A stretch of 64,000 nucleotides of DNA from Octopus sinensis (taxonomy: Eukaryota): contig NC_043013.1 in the NCBI RefSeq assembly GCF_006345805.1, positions 27,590,001-27,654,000 of the forward strand, in the 5' to 3' direction. Below the pieces are notes generated by a model. It was given only the letters and a program-made list of their open reading frames with translations, had not been told where the DNA came from and ran no database searches. The position numbers and the translations under genes are program-made. Below, one piece after another: positions 12,103 through 24,725 of the stretch. Each line of letters opens with the position of its first letter. Within the stretch, counting starts at the first letter, position 1.

Positions 12103-12844
12103 TTTCACAAGAAACAACAGCATGATCATAGACAGATGCTTTTAATCATAGACTTGTTTGTCCACTCTGTCATAGCTAATCTTTATTTTCTATTATGATA
12201 CCATTCACATCTAAAATGCTTTGTAGGAAGATGTAGCCCTTTGGTTACTTGATTCATATTTTATTTCATTAGCAGGATGAAAGGGTAAAAGTTTACCATG
12301 GCAGGATTTTAACTCATTATGTAAAAGGGATAGGATTAAAATACCAACAAGGTATTTTGTACCATGCTTTAATACCTCTCCAAAATCCTTCAGCTGGTAT
12401 GAAACTACGATCTATTTATATCTTACGCTTCAGTGAACTGATCCCATTAGATAAATGTCTTTCCCAAACATAGTAATAACATAGCAGGCATTTTTTTCTC
12501 AGTGTAATATGTCATTAACTTAGCCATGACTTGAGGTGTTTTCTGTGACAGATTAACCCATTTCTCGCCATATTTCTGTTGAACTACACAGCATTGGTTT
12601 CAATTAATTCTTAAAATAATGCAGAATTTATCAAATATTCCTCACTGGGAGAGACTTGCAATTTTTATAGGTATGGGCATGGCTGTGTGGTTAAGAAGCT
12701 CATATTACAACCATATGGTTTCAAGTTCAATCCTGAAACTGTGTGACACTTTGAGTAAGTGTCTTCCGCTATGGATCTGAGCCAACAAATACCTTGTGGA
12801 TGAGTTTCATAGATGGGAAAAAAAAACAAAAAAAAACACAACAA

Positions 12845-13318
12845 CAACCACTACCACCACCAGCACCACCACTTAACGTCCGTTGTCCATTCCATTCTGG
12901 CATGGGTTGGACGGTTTGACTGGGCTGGCACGCTGGAAGGCTGCACTAGACCCCAGTCAGATTTGGCATCGTTTTCTAAGGCTAGATACCCAACCATTCT
13001 GAGATTGTATTGGGAACTTTTACATGCCATTTGCGTGACACCGGGGTGTGTTTACATGCCACCAATATGGGTGCTAATTTGTGTGACATCGGTATCTTCC
13101 ATGACTGCGATTTTGTTCAGTTTGATGGGTCTTCTTCTCAAGTATGACATAATGCCAAAAGTCTTGGTCATTGCCTCCATGGGGCCCAACACTCGAAAGA
13201 AACTTGGGCACCCTGCCTCCATCAGGCCCAATGCTCGAAAGGAACTCAGCGACTCTGCCTCCGTCAGGCCCTATTCTCGAGAAGAACTCAGCCATTTTGC
13301 CTCCATAAGGCCCAAATA
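12845..13318 (-). mobile_element. RTE family A-related LINE 3' end
   Basis: Contains the LRALGL.EAM..D.W.Y coding tail and the acggacgttaa + trinucleotide tail. Confidence 0.7.
13172..13314. repeat. 42-bp tandem repeat (3.4 copies) inside a LINE coding tail
   Basis: tgcctcc at 13172, 13214, 13256 and 13298. Confidence 0.85.
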
Positions 13319-14289
13319 TGTACATGTCTATACATGTGTATGATTGTCTGTGCTTTTATCTGTGTGTGTCCCCATTGCTTGACAACTGGTGTTGGTTTAT
13401 TTATGTCTTCATAAATTAGCAGACTGGCCAAAGAGACCAGCAGAGTGAGTACCAGACTTTAAAAAAAATGTACTGGAATGGATTTATTTGACTTAACCAT
13501 TCAAAATGGTGCTCCAGCATGAGCCATGACTGAAACAAGTAAAAGATAAAAGACAAAGCTAGTATCTGGAACATAAATTAAAAGGAAATCTTGATGGAAG
13601 GTTTTAATTTAGATGCCTTTAAAACTGAAGTCTGTATTATAGAGCCAGAGGGGCAGTTTCAGGGTAGGTTGGTAGCAAAAGGGTTTTAAAAGGCCAAAAA
13701 CCAACACAAAGCTAAACAAACTTTTAAGGTGAGAGTAGTTCAAGAGTAATGGTTACCAAAATGTGCACTGCAGTAAATTGGGGGTACCATGAAAATAATA
13801 AACTAAACTACAAAATACCATTTAATGCAGTTTTTGATTTTATGCAAGAAATATACCAAAATATTTGTATTTGTTTTAATGTGTGATTTGAATTGAAAGA
13901 GCTTCTAAACAATTAGCATAAGGTATTAGAATTTGTATGATTGTTGAGTGAATGTCATATTGTTCCAGCACAAATCACTTGCATCTGAAACACTTGTTAT
14001 GTATAGAGGGAGGTTTGCTGTTCTAATCTCTGCATCTATATTTCTACTTCTTCCTCTTCACAACTACTTACATAACTCACACACACTGGATATGAAGGTC
14101 TTTGCACCAAGGGAAATAGTTGAGACTTAAAACTATTTAACTTCACAAATGAGATTTTGCAGTATCGCGATATACTGTATAGCAGACTTATCCAACCCAC
14201 AGCAATATAGAAAACAATGGATGATGCAGATCATGAAGATGGTGACAAACATAATCCATCCATCCATTTCCTCTGCCTACTATTCCTTA

Positions 14290-15000
14290 GAGTATCATTG
14301 AGGTAGATTCCTCAAACACCTCCTCTTTAGGGTTCTCTCAGAAGCAGTCATCATTAGACTTTCTTCTTGGATTCCCAAGCATGAGCAACTGAGATAATGG
14401 ATATTATCCAACCATTTTGTTTTTGGTCTTTCTTTAGACATCCTACAGCATGGCCTGGTTTTGAATCCATCTTGGGAATTTTTCCTATGACATTTTAATC
14501 ATACATCCGTAGTCCTGGAAATGTGACCTCTCAATGCAGAGACATAGTTTGACCTGGAGAGACTCCCTGATCTCCATGCTCGCGTACCCTGCTAAGTAAC
14601 ATCACTCCAGAAATTCTCTGGAGGAACCCCGTTTCTGCCATTTGTATTCATGATCTTTCAGTCATTATACTTAGGAAGAATAGGTATGAAAACCAAATTG
14701 AAGATAAGGAGTTTGGCTATTTTGCCAACTTCTCCTCTTCTGAGCATCGAATTAAGGAGCTGGTGCTTTACTGTAATTCTAGCATCCAATTAAGCTTCCT
14801 GCCTTCCATTACTCGTGAACATTGGTCCCAAGATATTTAAACTTCTTCACTAGCTTCAAGGATGTTCCACTAACATGCAGAATGCAATATGAAGAATTTC
14901 TTCCGAGGATCAATGTCTCAGTCTTTGCAACACTCATTCTTATCCCTGCCTTGCAGTGAACTCATTCAGTGTGTGCTGGAGATAATGCTGATGGGGAAGA
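14290..15000 (-). pseudogene. Degenerate RTE LINE reverse-transcriptase C-terminal fragment
   Basis: Reverse strand gives KYLG-like and AKLLIFNLVFIPIL...EM-like segments with stops and frameshifts. Confidence 0.6.
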
Positions 15001-16019
15001 GGATTTCAACAATGATGACCAATGTGACTGAAGAAGAAGAAGAAAGAAGGAAGGGAGGAGGAGAAGGAAGGGAAGAGAAGGAAGGTAAGAGGAGAAGGAA
15101 AGTAAGAGAAGAAAAATAATAAAGGTGGTGGTGTTAGTGGTGATGATGATGGTGATACTGCTATTAAGATGTCGATGATAATGCTACTAATGAAGTTAAT
15201 ACAACAATAATAAAAGAAGTTGTTTTGTGGTTACTTTCAACTGGCTAGAAACAGCAGTGAAATCTTTTCAATCACACATTAGTGTTGTAAAAGAAAAAAA
15301 AAAGAGAAGGACATTAGACATAACCTGGAACGTCTCTGTGTGTGTGTATGTGTGTGTTTTCCCCACAAGTTTACTCAATCAGGGTTGGTCTAGAATTAAA
15401 CAAGAACAATAAAGCTGTTACTGTTGTCAGTGATTGCTGTTACTTAACTCCAAGCCAACCCTTATCGAACAGGTTTACAACGAAAGACATTCCAATCATG
15501 ACCATACCATTTTCTTTCTCAAGCATGTTGTAACTTAGATGATACTCACTACCTAATATTGGTTTTGTTTACTCTTTTTTTATGAAAGAAAAAAAAAAAT
15601 AGGGTTGTTTGAAGTAAAAGTGACTGCTATTTTTAGAAGCCTTTGTTGTCATCAATCAACAGGTGTACTGAAGCATTATCAGTTATGAATAGACATGAAG
15701 AATCCATTAAGAAAAATTGTTTGTGATGCATAAATGGTCCAATGTATTTTTACAGTGTACCAAATATGAGGTAAACCTACAACAGCATGCTTGATTTCAT
15801 AAATGTGTAAGCAAGTGTGAAATCATAATAGGCATAGTCTGGTCTGTCGAATATATTTCAAGTGGTTTTGTATTAGCTAAATTGAAAAGGTTGTGGTGAG
15901 GCTAAGCAAGGCACTTTGCAACCACATGGTCTCATGCTCAGTCCCAATGTGTGGTGCTTTGGGTAAAGGTCGTTCTACCATACCCTTGTATTGAGTAATA
16001 CAATGTAAGTGGATTTTTG

Positions 16020-16565
16020 TGAATCGCTGTGCTTGAGGAGACCTGTTGAGTCAAGTGCATGTACATGAACATCGAACCAAATATCAATGGAAACAGTAGT
16101 TGTGATACCTGTGCCGGTGACACATAAAAAGCACCATCCGAACGTGGCCGTTGCCAGTGCAGCCTCCACTGGCTTCTGTGCCGGAGGCACATAAAAAGCA
16201 CCATCCGAACGTGACCAATGCCAACCCTGCCTCGAATGGCTTCTGTGCCGGTGGCACATAAAAAGCACCATCTGAACGTGGCCGATGCCAGCACCGCCTT
16301 GACTGGCTTCTGTGCTGGTAGCACATAAAAAAAAAGCACCAACCGATCGTGGCCGATGCCAGACCCCTCTGGCACCTGTGCAGGTGGCACGTAAAAAGCA
16401 CCCACTACACTCGCGGAGTGGTTGGCATTAGGAAGGGCATCCAGCTGTAGAAACACTGCCAGATCAGACTGGAGCCTGGGGCAGTCCCTGGCTCCCCAGA
16501 CCCCGGTCGAACCGTCCAACCCGTGCTAGCACGGAAAACGGACGTTAAACGATGATGATGATGAT
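16020..16565 (+). mobile_element. RTE family A 3'UTR copy (five ~67-bp subrepeats)
   Basis: Colinear with 61690..62176; ends acggacgttaaac(gat)n. Confidence 0.85.
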
Positions 16566-16579
16566 ATCGTTATCATCAG

Positions 16580-16930
16580 GTATTGCACACCTGCAGTACC
16601 TTGACAAAATTGCAACAAAAGTCTTCCCAATTAAGTGCGAGTTCTCCAGCTGCCTTGCCACTCTTGTCCAACCAGATTTTGATATTGTCTATCCATTGTA
16701 TTCTTTGCCAGCCTCTTGATCTACAGTTCTCTCCTCTTCCTTCCAAACTTCTGGTACTTCAAATATGGCCATAATAAATGAGCTTCGCTTTTTTGACAAT
16801 GTTCAGGAGTTGTCATCTTTCATCTATTTGTTCTCATTCCCATTCATTCATCCGATGATTCTTGTAAGAGACTTCCAGCATTCTATAAAACCCACAATTC
16901 AAATGCATTGATTATGTTCTCTTCAGCTTT
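16580..16930 (-). pseudogene. Degenerate RTE (BovB-like) LINE C-terminal fragment
   Basis: Reverse-strand remnants resembling EGK.EG.RS.GR...W.DNI..W; multiple stops. Confidence 0.5.
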
Positions 16931-17593
16931 ATGATAATATACATATCGTATAAATCAATTTAAATGAATAAAAAAAAAAAGAGAGTCCTTAATACAGACT
17001 TAGAGTAAAATATATCTATCTATCTGCTCAGTCGAAGTCGACTCTCGGTTACTCGATGGATCAGTGTCCTCCAGTCAGTTCTATCCTGGGCTGCTTCTTT
17101 CAGATTGGCTATGTCCATTCTGGTATCACTCTAAAATATATTACCCTCAATTTTGGCAGAAGGCCAGCAATTTCAGAGAGGTGGGTAAGTCTCTTACATT
17201 GACCTAGTACTTATTTCAATGACACTGAAACAGCCTTTAAAAGAACAAAAGCACACGATGTATAACATAGTCTAGTATGCCCCCACCAAAAAATGGTATA
17301 GTCATGGCAGGATTGTCTTATATCATTGGTCTGCATGATAACAGTTGGTTTCCAGCTCTACACACACACTTGACCCATGTGTATCAGCAAAGTATATAAA
17401 CATCAGTAAGAAAGCAAACACTCTCTTGTCCAGTGACACTCTCTTGTCCAGTGACACTCTCTTGTCAGTGTTGCTACCAGAAACGCAGTAAGCAATATAC
17501 CCGTTGGAAATTTATAACCAATTTCATTAATGCAAAAAAAACTCTAAAAAGACAGCAATAAGAAGAAAAAACAATACCAATACAAAGACTTAC

Positions 17594-17683
17594 ATTGATG
17601 AGAATGGCATGGTAACAGATTATATCTTTTGGCAAAAGACGATTCAGTACATAATTCTGAGCATTTTCTACAATGTTTTTAAC
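17594..17683 (-). CDS. POGLUT2: POGLUT2-like exon: VKNIVENAQNYVLNRLLPKDIICYHAILIN
   Basis: Acceptor gtgtaattcag|gtt, donor aat|gtaagt; 90 nt. I..N.Q.Y...L...DI.CY pattern of the CAP10 C-terminus. Confidence 0.9.
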
Positions 17684-17746
17684 CTGAATTACACAAAAAG
17701 AAAAACAAATGAATAAATTGATAGTTGGTATGTTGTAAATTCAAAG

Positions 17747-17778
<32 letters not shown>

Positions 17779-17991
17779 CATCATACTAACCTAAATTACA
17801 TAAAAAAGAAATAAACAAGTGAATAATATGAAAGTTGGTATGTTATAAATTCAATGAGTATTATTATTATAATTATTAATATTATTATTATTATCATACT
17901 AACCTAAATTACACAAAAAAGAAATAAACAAGTGAATAATACAAAAGTTGGTATGTTATAAATTCCAATGAGTATTATTATTACTATTATT
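17681..17991. repeat. Tandem triplication (~107-113 bp unit) including the exon 17594..17683 acceptor
   Basis: Units start at 17681, 17788 and 17901 with aacct.aattaca.aaaaaagaaa...gttggtatgtt.taaattc...gagta(tta)n. Confidence 0.9.
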
Positions 17992-17994
17992 GTA

Positions 17995-18670
17995 AAAAGG
18001 CAGAATTGTTAGCACATCGGGTGAGATGCTTAGCGGTATTTCGCCTGTTGCTACATTCTGAGTTCAAATTCCACCAATGTCAACTTTGCCTTTCATTCTT
18101 TCAGGGCTGATAAATTAAATACCAGTTGAGTACTGGGGTCGATGTGATCGACTGTCTCTCTCCCCATAAAATCCAGGCCATGTACCTATAGTACAAAGGA
18201 CTATTATTATTAATGTTAATGTGGTGAGCTAGTAGAGGTCTTAACACGTTGGGAAAGATACTTAGTGACATTTTGTCTGATTGTACATTCCAAGTTCAAA
18301 TTCTGCTGAAGCCAACTCAGGCTTACATCTTTTCAGGGTTGATAATATAAGCACCAGATGAGCAATGGGATAGACTTACTCCACTCCCCCAAAAATGCTG
18401 GCCTTGTGCCAAAATTTGTAATCTTTATTATCATCATCATTATTATTATTATTAAGGTGAGTTGCTGGCAGAATTGTTAGCATGCCAGGCAAAATGCTTT
18501 GTGGTATTTCATCCGTCTTCACATTCTGAGTTCAAATTCTGCCGAGGTCAACTTTGCCTTTCACCCTTTCAGGGTTGATTAAACAAGTACCAATGACACA
18601 CTGGGGTCGATGTAATTGACTTAACCCCCTTCCCCCAAATTTGAGGCCTTGTGCTTCTAGTAGAAAGGAT
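17995..18670 (+). mobile_element. Cluster of three degenerate SINE family A copies in TTA repeats
   Basis: Repeated gcagaattgttagca...gagttcaaattc...tttcatc heads. Confidence 0.75.
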
Positions 18671-18683
18671 TATTATTATTATT

Positions 18684-20320
18684 CAGTAGTTTTATTTTTA
18701 TAGCATGCTTTCACTTCACTACTGAGCTCCACTCTGTGTGCCTTGGGTATGTGCTTTGGTTTGCTGTGATGCTCTTATGGTTACTGTATTGAAAGTGTTT
18801 TGCATAGGATGTGTGCAGTGCCTAGTAGTGCAATTTTCTGTATGCTATATATATTCGTTAGTCCTGGTGTTTTTGTTATGTATTTGTCTGAATATTTTTT
18901 TATCATACCTAATGTGCCTACTGTGATAGGAATTGTTTCTGTTTTTTGATTCCACATTCGAGTTACCTCTATTTCCAGGTCTTTGTATTTTGAAAGTTTC
19001 TCCATATCTTTTAGAGAAATGTTGTCATCTGCTGCTATTGATACATCAATTAGAAAGCATATTTTTCTTCATGATCTCTGACAACTATATCTGGCCTGTT
19101 GGCCTTAATTTCTCTATCTGTGTGTATTGGCATATCCCAGAGTGTGGTTGCTTTCTCGTTTTCAGTGACCTTTTCTGGTGTGTGCCTATACCATCTTTTT
19201 GCTGTTGTTATTCCATAGTGTTGGCATAGCTTCCAGTGTATATAGGTCCCAACTCTGTTGTGTCTGTGAATATATTCCTTCTTAGCCAGGATTGGGTAAC
19301 CAGAGATAATATGATTTATTGTTTCTTGTCCATCTCCACATATTCTGCAGTTACTTGTTATGTTTCTTTTCATTATATGTTTCTGGTAACTTCTGTATAT
19401 ATAGCCTTTCTATGTCAGATTTTGGGTGATGCATCCTAGATCCTGTCATTATTTTTCTTGTTTTCCTGTCTATTTTGGTTAGTTCATTTAGTGTCCAGTT
19501 AAGGATATTGTAGCTGTAACTTATAACTGGGACAGCTAAAGTGTTAATACCTATTATCTTGTTTTTAGCATTGAGCTCTGTTTTTAGTATTGATCTAACT
19601 CGTCTATAGTATTCTTTCTTTATTTTCTCTTTCATTTGTGTGTGTTGTATCATATATAGTTCATTGATTCCTAAATATTTGTATGTTTGGCTTTTGTCTG
19701 ATTCTCTTATTTCATTGGCTTTATCTAGTTTTCTTCTTTTCAGGGTTGCTTTGGCACATTTTTCTAATCCAAATTTCATATCTATTTCTTTGGTAAATCC
19801 ATGTACTGTCTGTAGTAGTGTTTCCAGCTGTTTATCATTTGTAGCATATAGTTTTAGGTCATCCATATATAAGAGGTGGCTGATTGTTTTGTCGTAACAT
19901 TTGTATCCGCATCCATTTCTATTTAGCATGTCAGATAAAGGTGACAGTGCCAAGCAGAAAAGGAGTTGAGAAAGTGTGTCTCCCTGGAATATTCCTCTTC
20001 TAATGGGGATGGCTTTGGTTTTCACAAGTCCTTCTTTTGTTTGGAGTTATAGCACTGTCTGCCATTTATTTATAGAGTGTTTTATGTATTTTATAATTAT
20101 TGGTGCTACCTTGTTCATGGCTAGTGTTTCAAGGATCCACATGTGGGGAATACTATCAAAAGCCTTTCGGTAGTTGATCCAAGCCATACTGAAGCCTTTC
20201 TTTTTTCTGCGGCTGATTTCAGTTATAGCTTTATTGATCATTAGTTGATCTTTACAGCCATATGAGCCCTTGCAGCATCCATTCTGGTCTTCTGGAAACA
20301 GGTTGTTTTCTCCCAGATGC
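18684..20320 (-). mobile_element. R4/Dong-clade non-LTR retrotransposon (RT + CCHC + restriction-like endonuclease), 5'-truncated and frameshifted
   Basis: ORFs 20047..20334, 19351..20025 (GIFQGDTLS, HLLYMDDLKLY), 19050..19373 (CRIC...ETINHI, RHN, RPDIVV) and 18781..19005 (EKLSKYKDL...GTLG). The 3' end runs into (TAA)n. Confidence 0.88.
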
Positions 20321-20452
20321 TGGGGTCGATTCATTTGACAAAAATTAAATTCTTCAAAGCAGTGCCCCGGCTTGGCCGCAGTGTAATAACTGAAATGAGT
20401 GAAAAGCTAAAAAAGAAAGCTATTTCCACAACATTTAAATGTTCAAACTTAC

Positions 20453-20662
20453 TTCATTTTCATGTTCTTTTGCCCATCGTAGTTGATCTAATAGATCACT
20501 CAAATTTCTCTTCACTGGAATATAGTGCACATAGGGAGTAAGTTCATTGTAAAAATGTTCATAATAATGGGAATCTTGTTTCAAAACAACACTTGAGCCA
20601 GCCAGAAGGTAAGGGAAACGGTATGCAGCTACAGTGCCATCAATATTCAATTGGTATTTGTG
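20453..20662 (-). CDS. POGLUT2: POGLUT2-like exon: [31 protein letters not shown]...WAKEHENE
   Basis: ORF 20435..20650; acceptor ccccttag|cac, donor gaa|gtaagt; 210 nt, phase 0-0. Confidence 0.96.
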
Positions 20663-21250
20663 CTAAGGGGTGGGGGAGAAAAAAAAGAAGAAAAATAGAA
20701 AAGAAAAATAAGTGTCTACATTTAATGTATAACTTTTCAAATTGTGTTACATATTTCAAAGAAAAATCTGATTCAACAATAACCAAAATTGTAACAATAA
20801 TATATGAAAATGAAAGGAAATGTGTCTGCACATGTGAATATAGTTTGTTGTATAAGCACAACTATTATTTATAGCTATCAATATCTGAAAGACATTATGT
20901 CATTCAGTTATATATATATATATATTGTTAGCATAATGTATACACCGATATTTTCTAGTTGAAATGTGTTTTTTTTCATAACTTTTAGTGTCTTTTGCAC
21001 ATATATATATGTTGAATACACTGACATGAATGCAAAATATGGAAAAACATTCAATTTTAAAGCTCATGCAAAAAGCAATAAACTAAAGAATACATATATA
21101 TATACATTCTTTAATCTTCATGATAAAAAAGGAAAAATAAACTTAACAACCTAGCTTGAGTAGTCACTGATACACCAAAGCAGACAGTCAAGTATTTTCT
21201 AGAACACAGAGTGCCGTACCTGATGGCATAATAGATGCACAGGTATATAA

Positions 21251-21497
21251 GGCGGCGAGCTAGAATAGGCGGCGAGCTAGCAGAATCGTTAGCACGTCGG
21301 GCGAAATGCTTAGCGGTATTTCGTCTGCCGTTACGTTGTGAGTTCAAATTCCGCCGAGGTCGACTTTGCCTTTCATCCTTTCGGGGTCGATAAATTAAGT
21401 ACCAGTTAAGCACTGGGGTCGATATAATCGACATAATACCTATGTCTGTCCATGTTTGTCCCCTCTATGTTCAGCCCCTTGTGGGTAATAAAGAAAT
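21251..21497 (+). mobile_element. SINE family A (young copy, duplicated 5' head)
   Basis: TSD aggtatataag; head ggcggcgagctag repeated twice. Confidence 0.88.
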
Positions 21498-22859
21498 AGG
21501 TATATAAGAGGTGTCCTGATTTCAGCAAGGCAGCACAAATAATTTTTAGTGGATTAAAGCATATAATATTCAAAGCAGCTTTGAATATTAGAACCCAGGC
21601 TGAATTTTATAAGACATTTTTTTTAGTGGGGTTGAGGGTTCCAAATGGGGTCTCAATGAGTAGCTTCCTTGCCTTCCTCTCTCTGTAGAAAATCCAGCTC
21701 CAAAAATGCCCCATGATAGCAAAGGAGAATGGGCACCAGCCAGCCCAAAGGCTGGGGTGGGCTACACCTGCCTACCTTGGTTGCTATGACATTGAGGTAG
21801 ATCCGGCCACCCCTATTAATGGAGACAAAACCCGGATTTAAAACACTGGATGATGATTTTTTTGGCAAAAATGTCTTAGATGACATCAGAGGTGGTGAGC
21901 TGGTAGAATTGTTAGCAGGATCTCATCCATCCTTATGTTCTGAGTTCAAATCTTGCTTTTCAATTACACAGTCCTGGGTTCAGTCTCACTGCATGGCACC
22001 TTACACAAGTGTCTTCTACTATAATCTCAGACTGACCAAAGCCTTGTGAGTGGATTTGGTAGACGGAAACTGAAAGAAGCCCATCATGTATATGTGTATG
22101 TGTGTCCCACTTCTGTTTGACAATCAGTGTTGGTATGTTTACATCCCCGAAACTGACTAACAGAATAAATACTAGGCTTCAAAATAAAACTGGGGTCATT
22201 TCATTTCAATAAAATTCCTCAGGCTATTGCCTCAGCATGGCCACAGTCTAATGACTGAGGCAAGTAACAGAATAAAAGAATGTATGTGTGTGTGTGTGTG
22301 TACCCTTATCTTGATATCATGTGATTATAAATGACCATCATGGTCACATGAACAATGTTCATTTCCTGTCTTCTGTGGTGAAATATTACTTTGCTTAGAA
22401 ATAAACAAGGCTGGGAAGAATGGCATCTGACCATGGAAAATCCGCCTCATAGATTCTGTCTGACTGATGCAAGCATGAAAAAGTGGACATTGAACTGATG
22501 AATAGTTGGTAGATTCAGCATAGTGTTATAGCAGAAGACAATTGCCCAAGGTGCTGCACAGCAGGACAGAAACTGAAACCAGGTGGTTGCAAAGCAAGTT
22601 CCTTAACCACCCAGCCACAGCTGGTTATTGTTGCATATCAAAATGAGACTCCTAACCCCAAATAAATATACTAACCTTTTACTGGTAAATTAATGTAGGC
22701 GGACTAATGTAGAAGACACACACCTGTAAAAAGTGTCTTTCACATGCTAGCATTAATAGAGGTACAATATTTACACCTGATATAACAATGTTACAAACAA
22801 GTTTTAGGCAAACAAAAAAAGAAATTTGATAGATGAGAATACAAAAAAGAAAAGCATAC

Positions 22860-23094
22860 CTTAAAAAAATCAAAAAATGAGACAGGTTGTACAATTTTGC
22901 CATATTTTTTCTCGTCTTTTGGAAAGAAAAACATATTTGTTAACATAGCATCAACTAAGTCGGGATGTTTCTTACTCAACATGACCAGGTTCAATCTCTC
23001 CTCACGACTGTCTCGTCCTCTCCAGAATGCTAAGTTAGATTTATTGGCCCAGGGTGGACTGTTGCCTTGGACAGAAAGTATATCAAGTGTTACC
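22860..23094 (-). CDS. POGLUT2: POGLUT2-like exon: [15 protein letters not shown]...[12 protein letters not shown]...VSFFDFFK
   Basis: Inside ORF 22791..23336; acceptor ttctgcag|g, donor aag|gtatgc; WRGRDS motif. Confidence 0.95.
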
Positions 23095-23354
23095 CTGCAG
23101 AATAAAAACAAGTTAATTAAATTATTAAATAAATTAACAATAATAATACAGACAAATGAATAAAGGAAATTGGAATAGAGTATCCTGTAGAGCTTCTTTT
23201 CACAGACAGCTTGCCTTTTAGTAACAAGGAAGATGATGAAAAGAGTCTTGAGCACTTGATGGCTCATTGAAATATTGTGAATGTCTAAGGTTACAAACAG
23301 CAGACTGCAACCAACAAATTCTATCAGGAATAACACTAATCCTGAGTTAAAGAG

Positions 23355-24040
23355 ATAATAATAATCCTTTCTACTATAGGTACAAGGCCTGAAATTTTGG
23401 GGAAGGGACTAGTTGATTACACCCCCCCCCCCCCCACCATCGGGTTCCACTTGTACTTACTTTATCAACACTAAAAGGATGAAAGGCAAAGTTGACCTCG
23501 GCGGAATTTGAAGTCAGAACATAAAGATGGGCAAAATGACGTTAAGCATTTTGAAGTGTTTTGCTCAAGAACACAACGCATCACCCAGTTTAGGAATTGA
23601 AACCACGATCTTGTGGTCATGAGTGCAACATGCTAACCACTAGGCCAGGTGTCCTCATAATAATAATAATCCTTTCTATTATAGGAACAAGACCTGAAGG
23701 TCTGGGAGAGAGGGACAGTTGATTACATCGACCCCAGAATTTCACTGGTACTTAATTTATTGACCCCGAATGGATGAAAGGCAAAATACCACTAAGCATC
23801 CAGCATGCTAATGATTCTGCCAGCTCACCACCTTAATAATAATAATAATAATAATCTTTTTTTTTATAGTCACAAGGCCTGAAATTTTAGTGGAGGGGAA
23901 TAGTTTATTACATCGACCTCAAAACACAACTGGTACTTATTTTATCGACCCCAAAAGGATAAAAGGCAAAGTCAATCTCAGTAGAATTTGAACACAGAAT
24001 ATAAAGACGGAGAAAATGCTGCTAAATATTTTGTTCAGCT
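23355..24040 (-). mobile_element. Cluster of three SINE family A copies in TAA repeats
   Basis: Reverse complement of the family A core, each followed by (taa)n. Confidence 0.75.
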
Positions 24041-24139
24041 TACTAACAATTCTACCAATAAAACTATCATAATATAAAGACCTAAGATATTGAAATATTC
24101 AAGATGTGGGGCATGAGAGTGCAAACAGTACCAATTATT

Positions 24140-24300
24140 ATTGGAGCAGTAAGTATGATTAAAAAGTCTGAAAAGAAACTTAGAAGCAGTATCAGAGTTC
24201 ACAATACATACAGCCTCAAATAATTGTTGGGGACAGTATACATATTGCACAAGGGATTGTCAATTCAATAAAATAACACAGAACAGTCATCGCACATCAC
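24140..24300 (+). pseudogene. Remnant 3' end of an RLE-type (R4/Dong-like) LINE
   Basis: IIGAVSMIKK...LLGTVYILHKGLSIQ resembles the end of the 18781..19005 ORF. Confidence 0.55.
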
Positions 24301-24725
24301 CCACACTCTATACAATAAACATCTAATAATCAAACACAATTTGACCAACATATATTCTACTAGGTTAAAGACCAATGAAATAACACAACTTTTGTTATTC
24401 ACACACTATATACAAGTGAACACTAATATTTATTCAGCGTTCTATTGGTTAATCATACCTAATGCTCCAGTTATTATTGGTATTGTTTACACCTTCATGC
24501 CCTATATCTCGAATATTTCAATGTCTAGGTCCTTATATTATGATAGTTTTATTATTAGAATTGTTAAAGCTGCCTGAATTGGTTGCTTACTGGATGAAAT
24601 GCTGAGTGGTATTTTTCCTGTCGCTACATTCTGAGTTCAAATTCTGTCGAAGTTGAGTTTACCTTTCATCCTTTCGGGGTCGATAAATTAAGTATCAGTT
24701 GTGTACTGGGGTCGACCTAATCGAA

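Noticed and set aside
16100-16410. Regularly spaced palindromic repeats resembling a CRISPR array
   Set aside because: The intervening sequences are homologous to each other, not unique spacers; the array is part of a LINE 3'UTR in eukaryotic DNA with no cas genes.
15938-16519. Overlapping 100-190 aa ORFs (also 37344..37947, 61395..62127)
   Set aside because: Antisense or alternative frames of the GC-rich LINE 3'UTR repeat; they recur wherever the repeat occurs.
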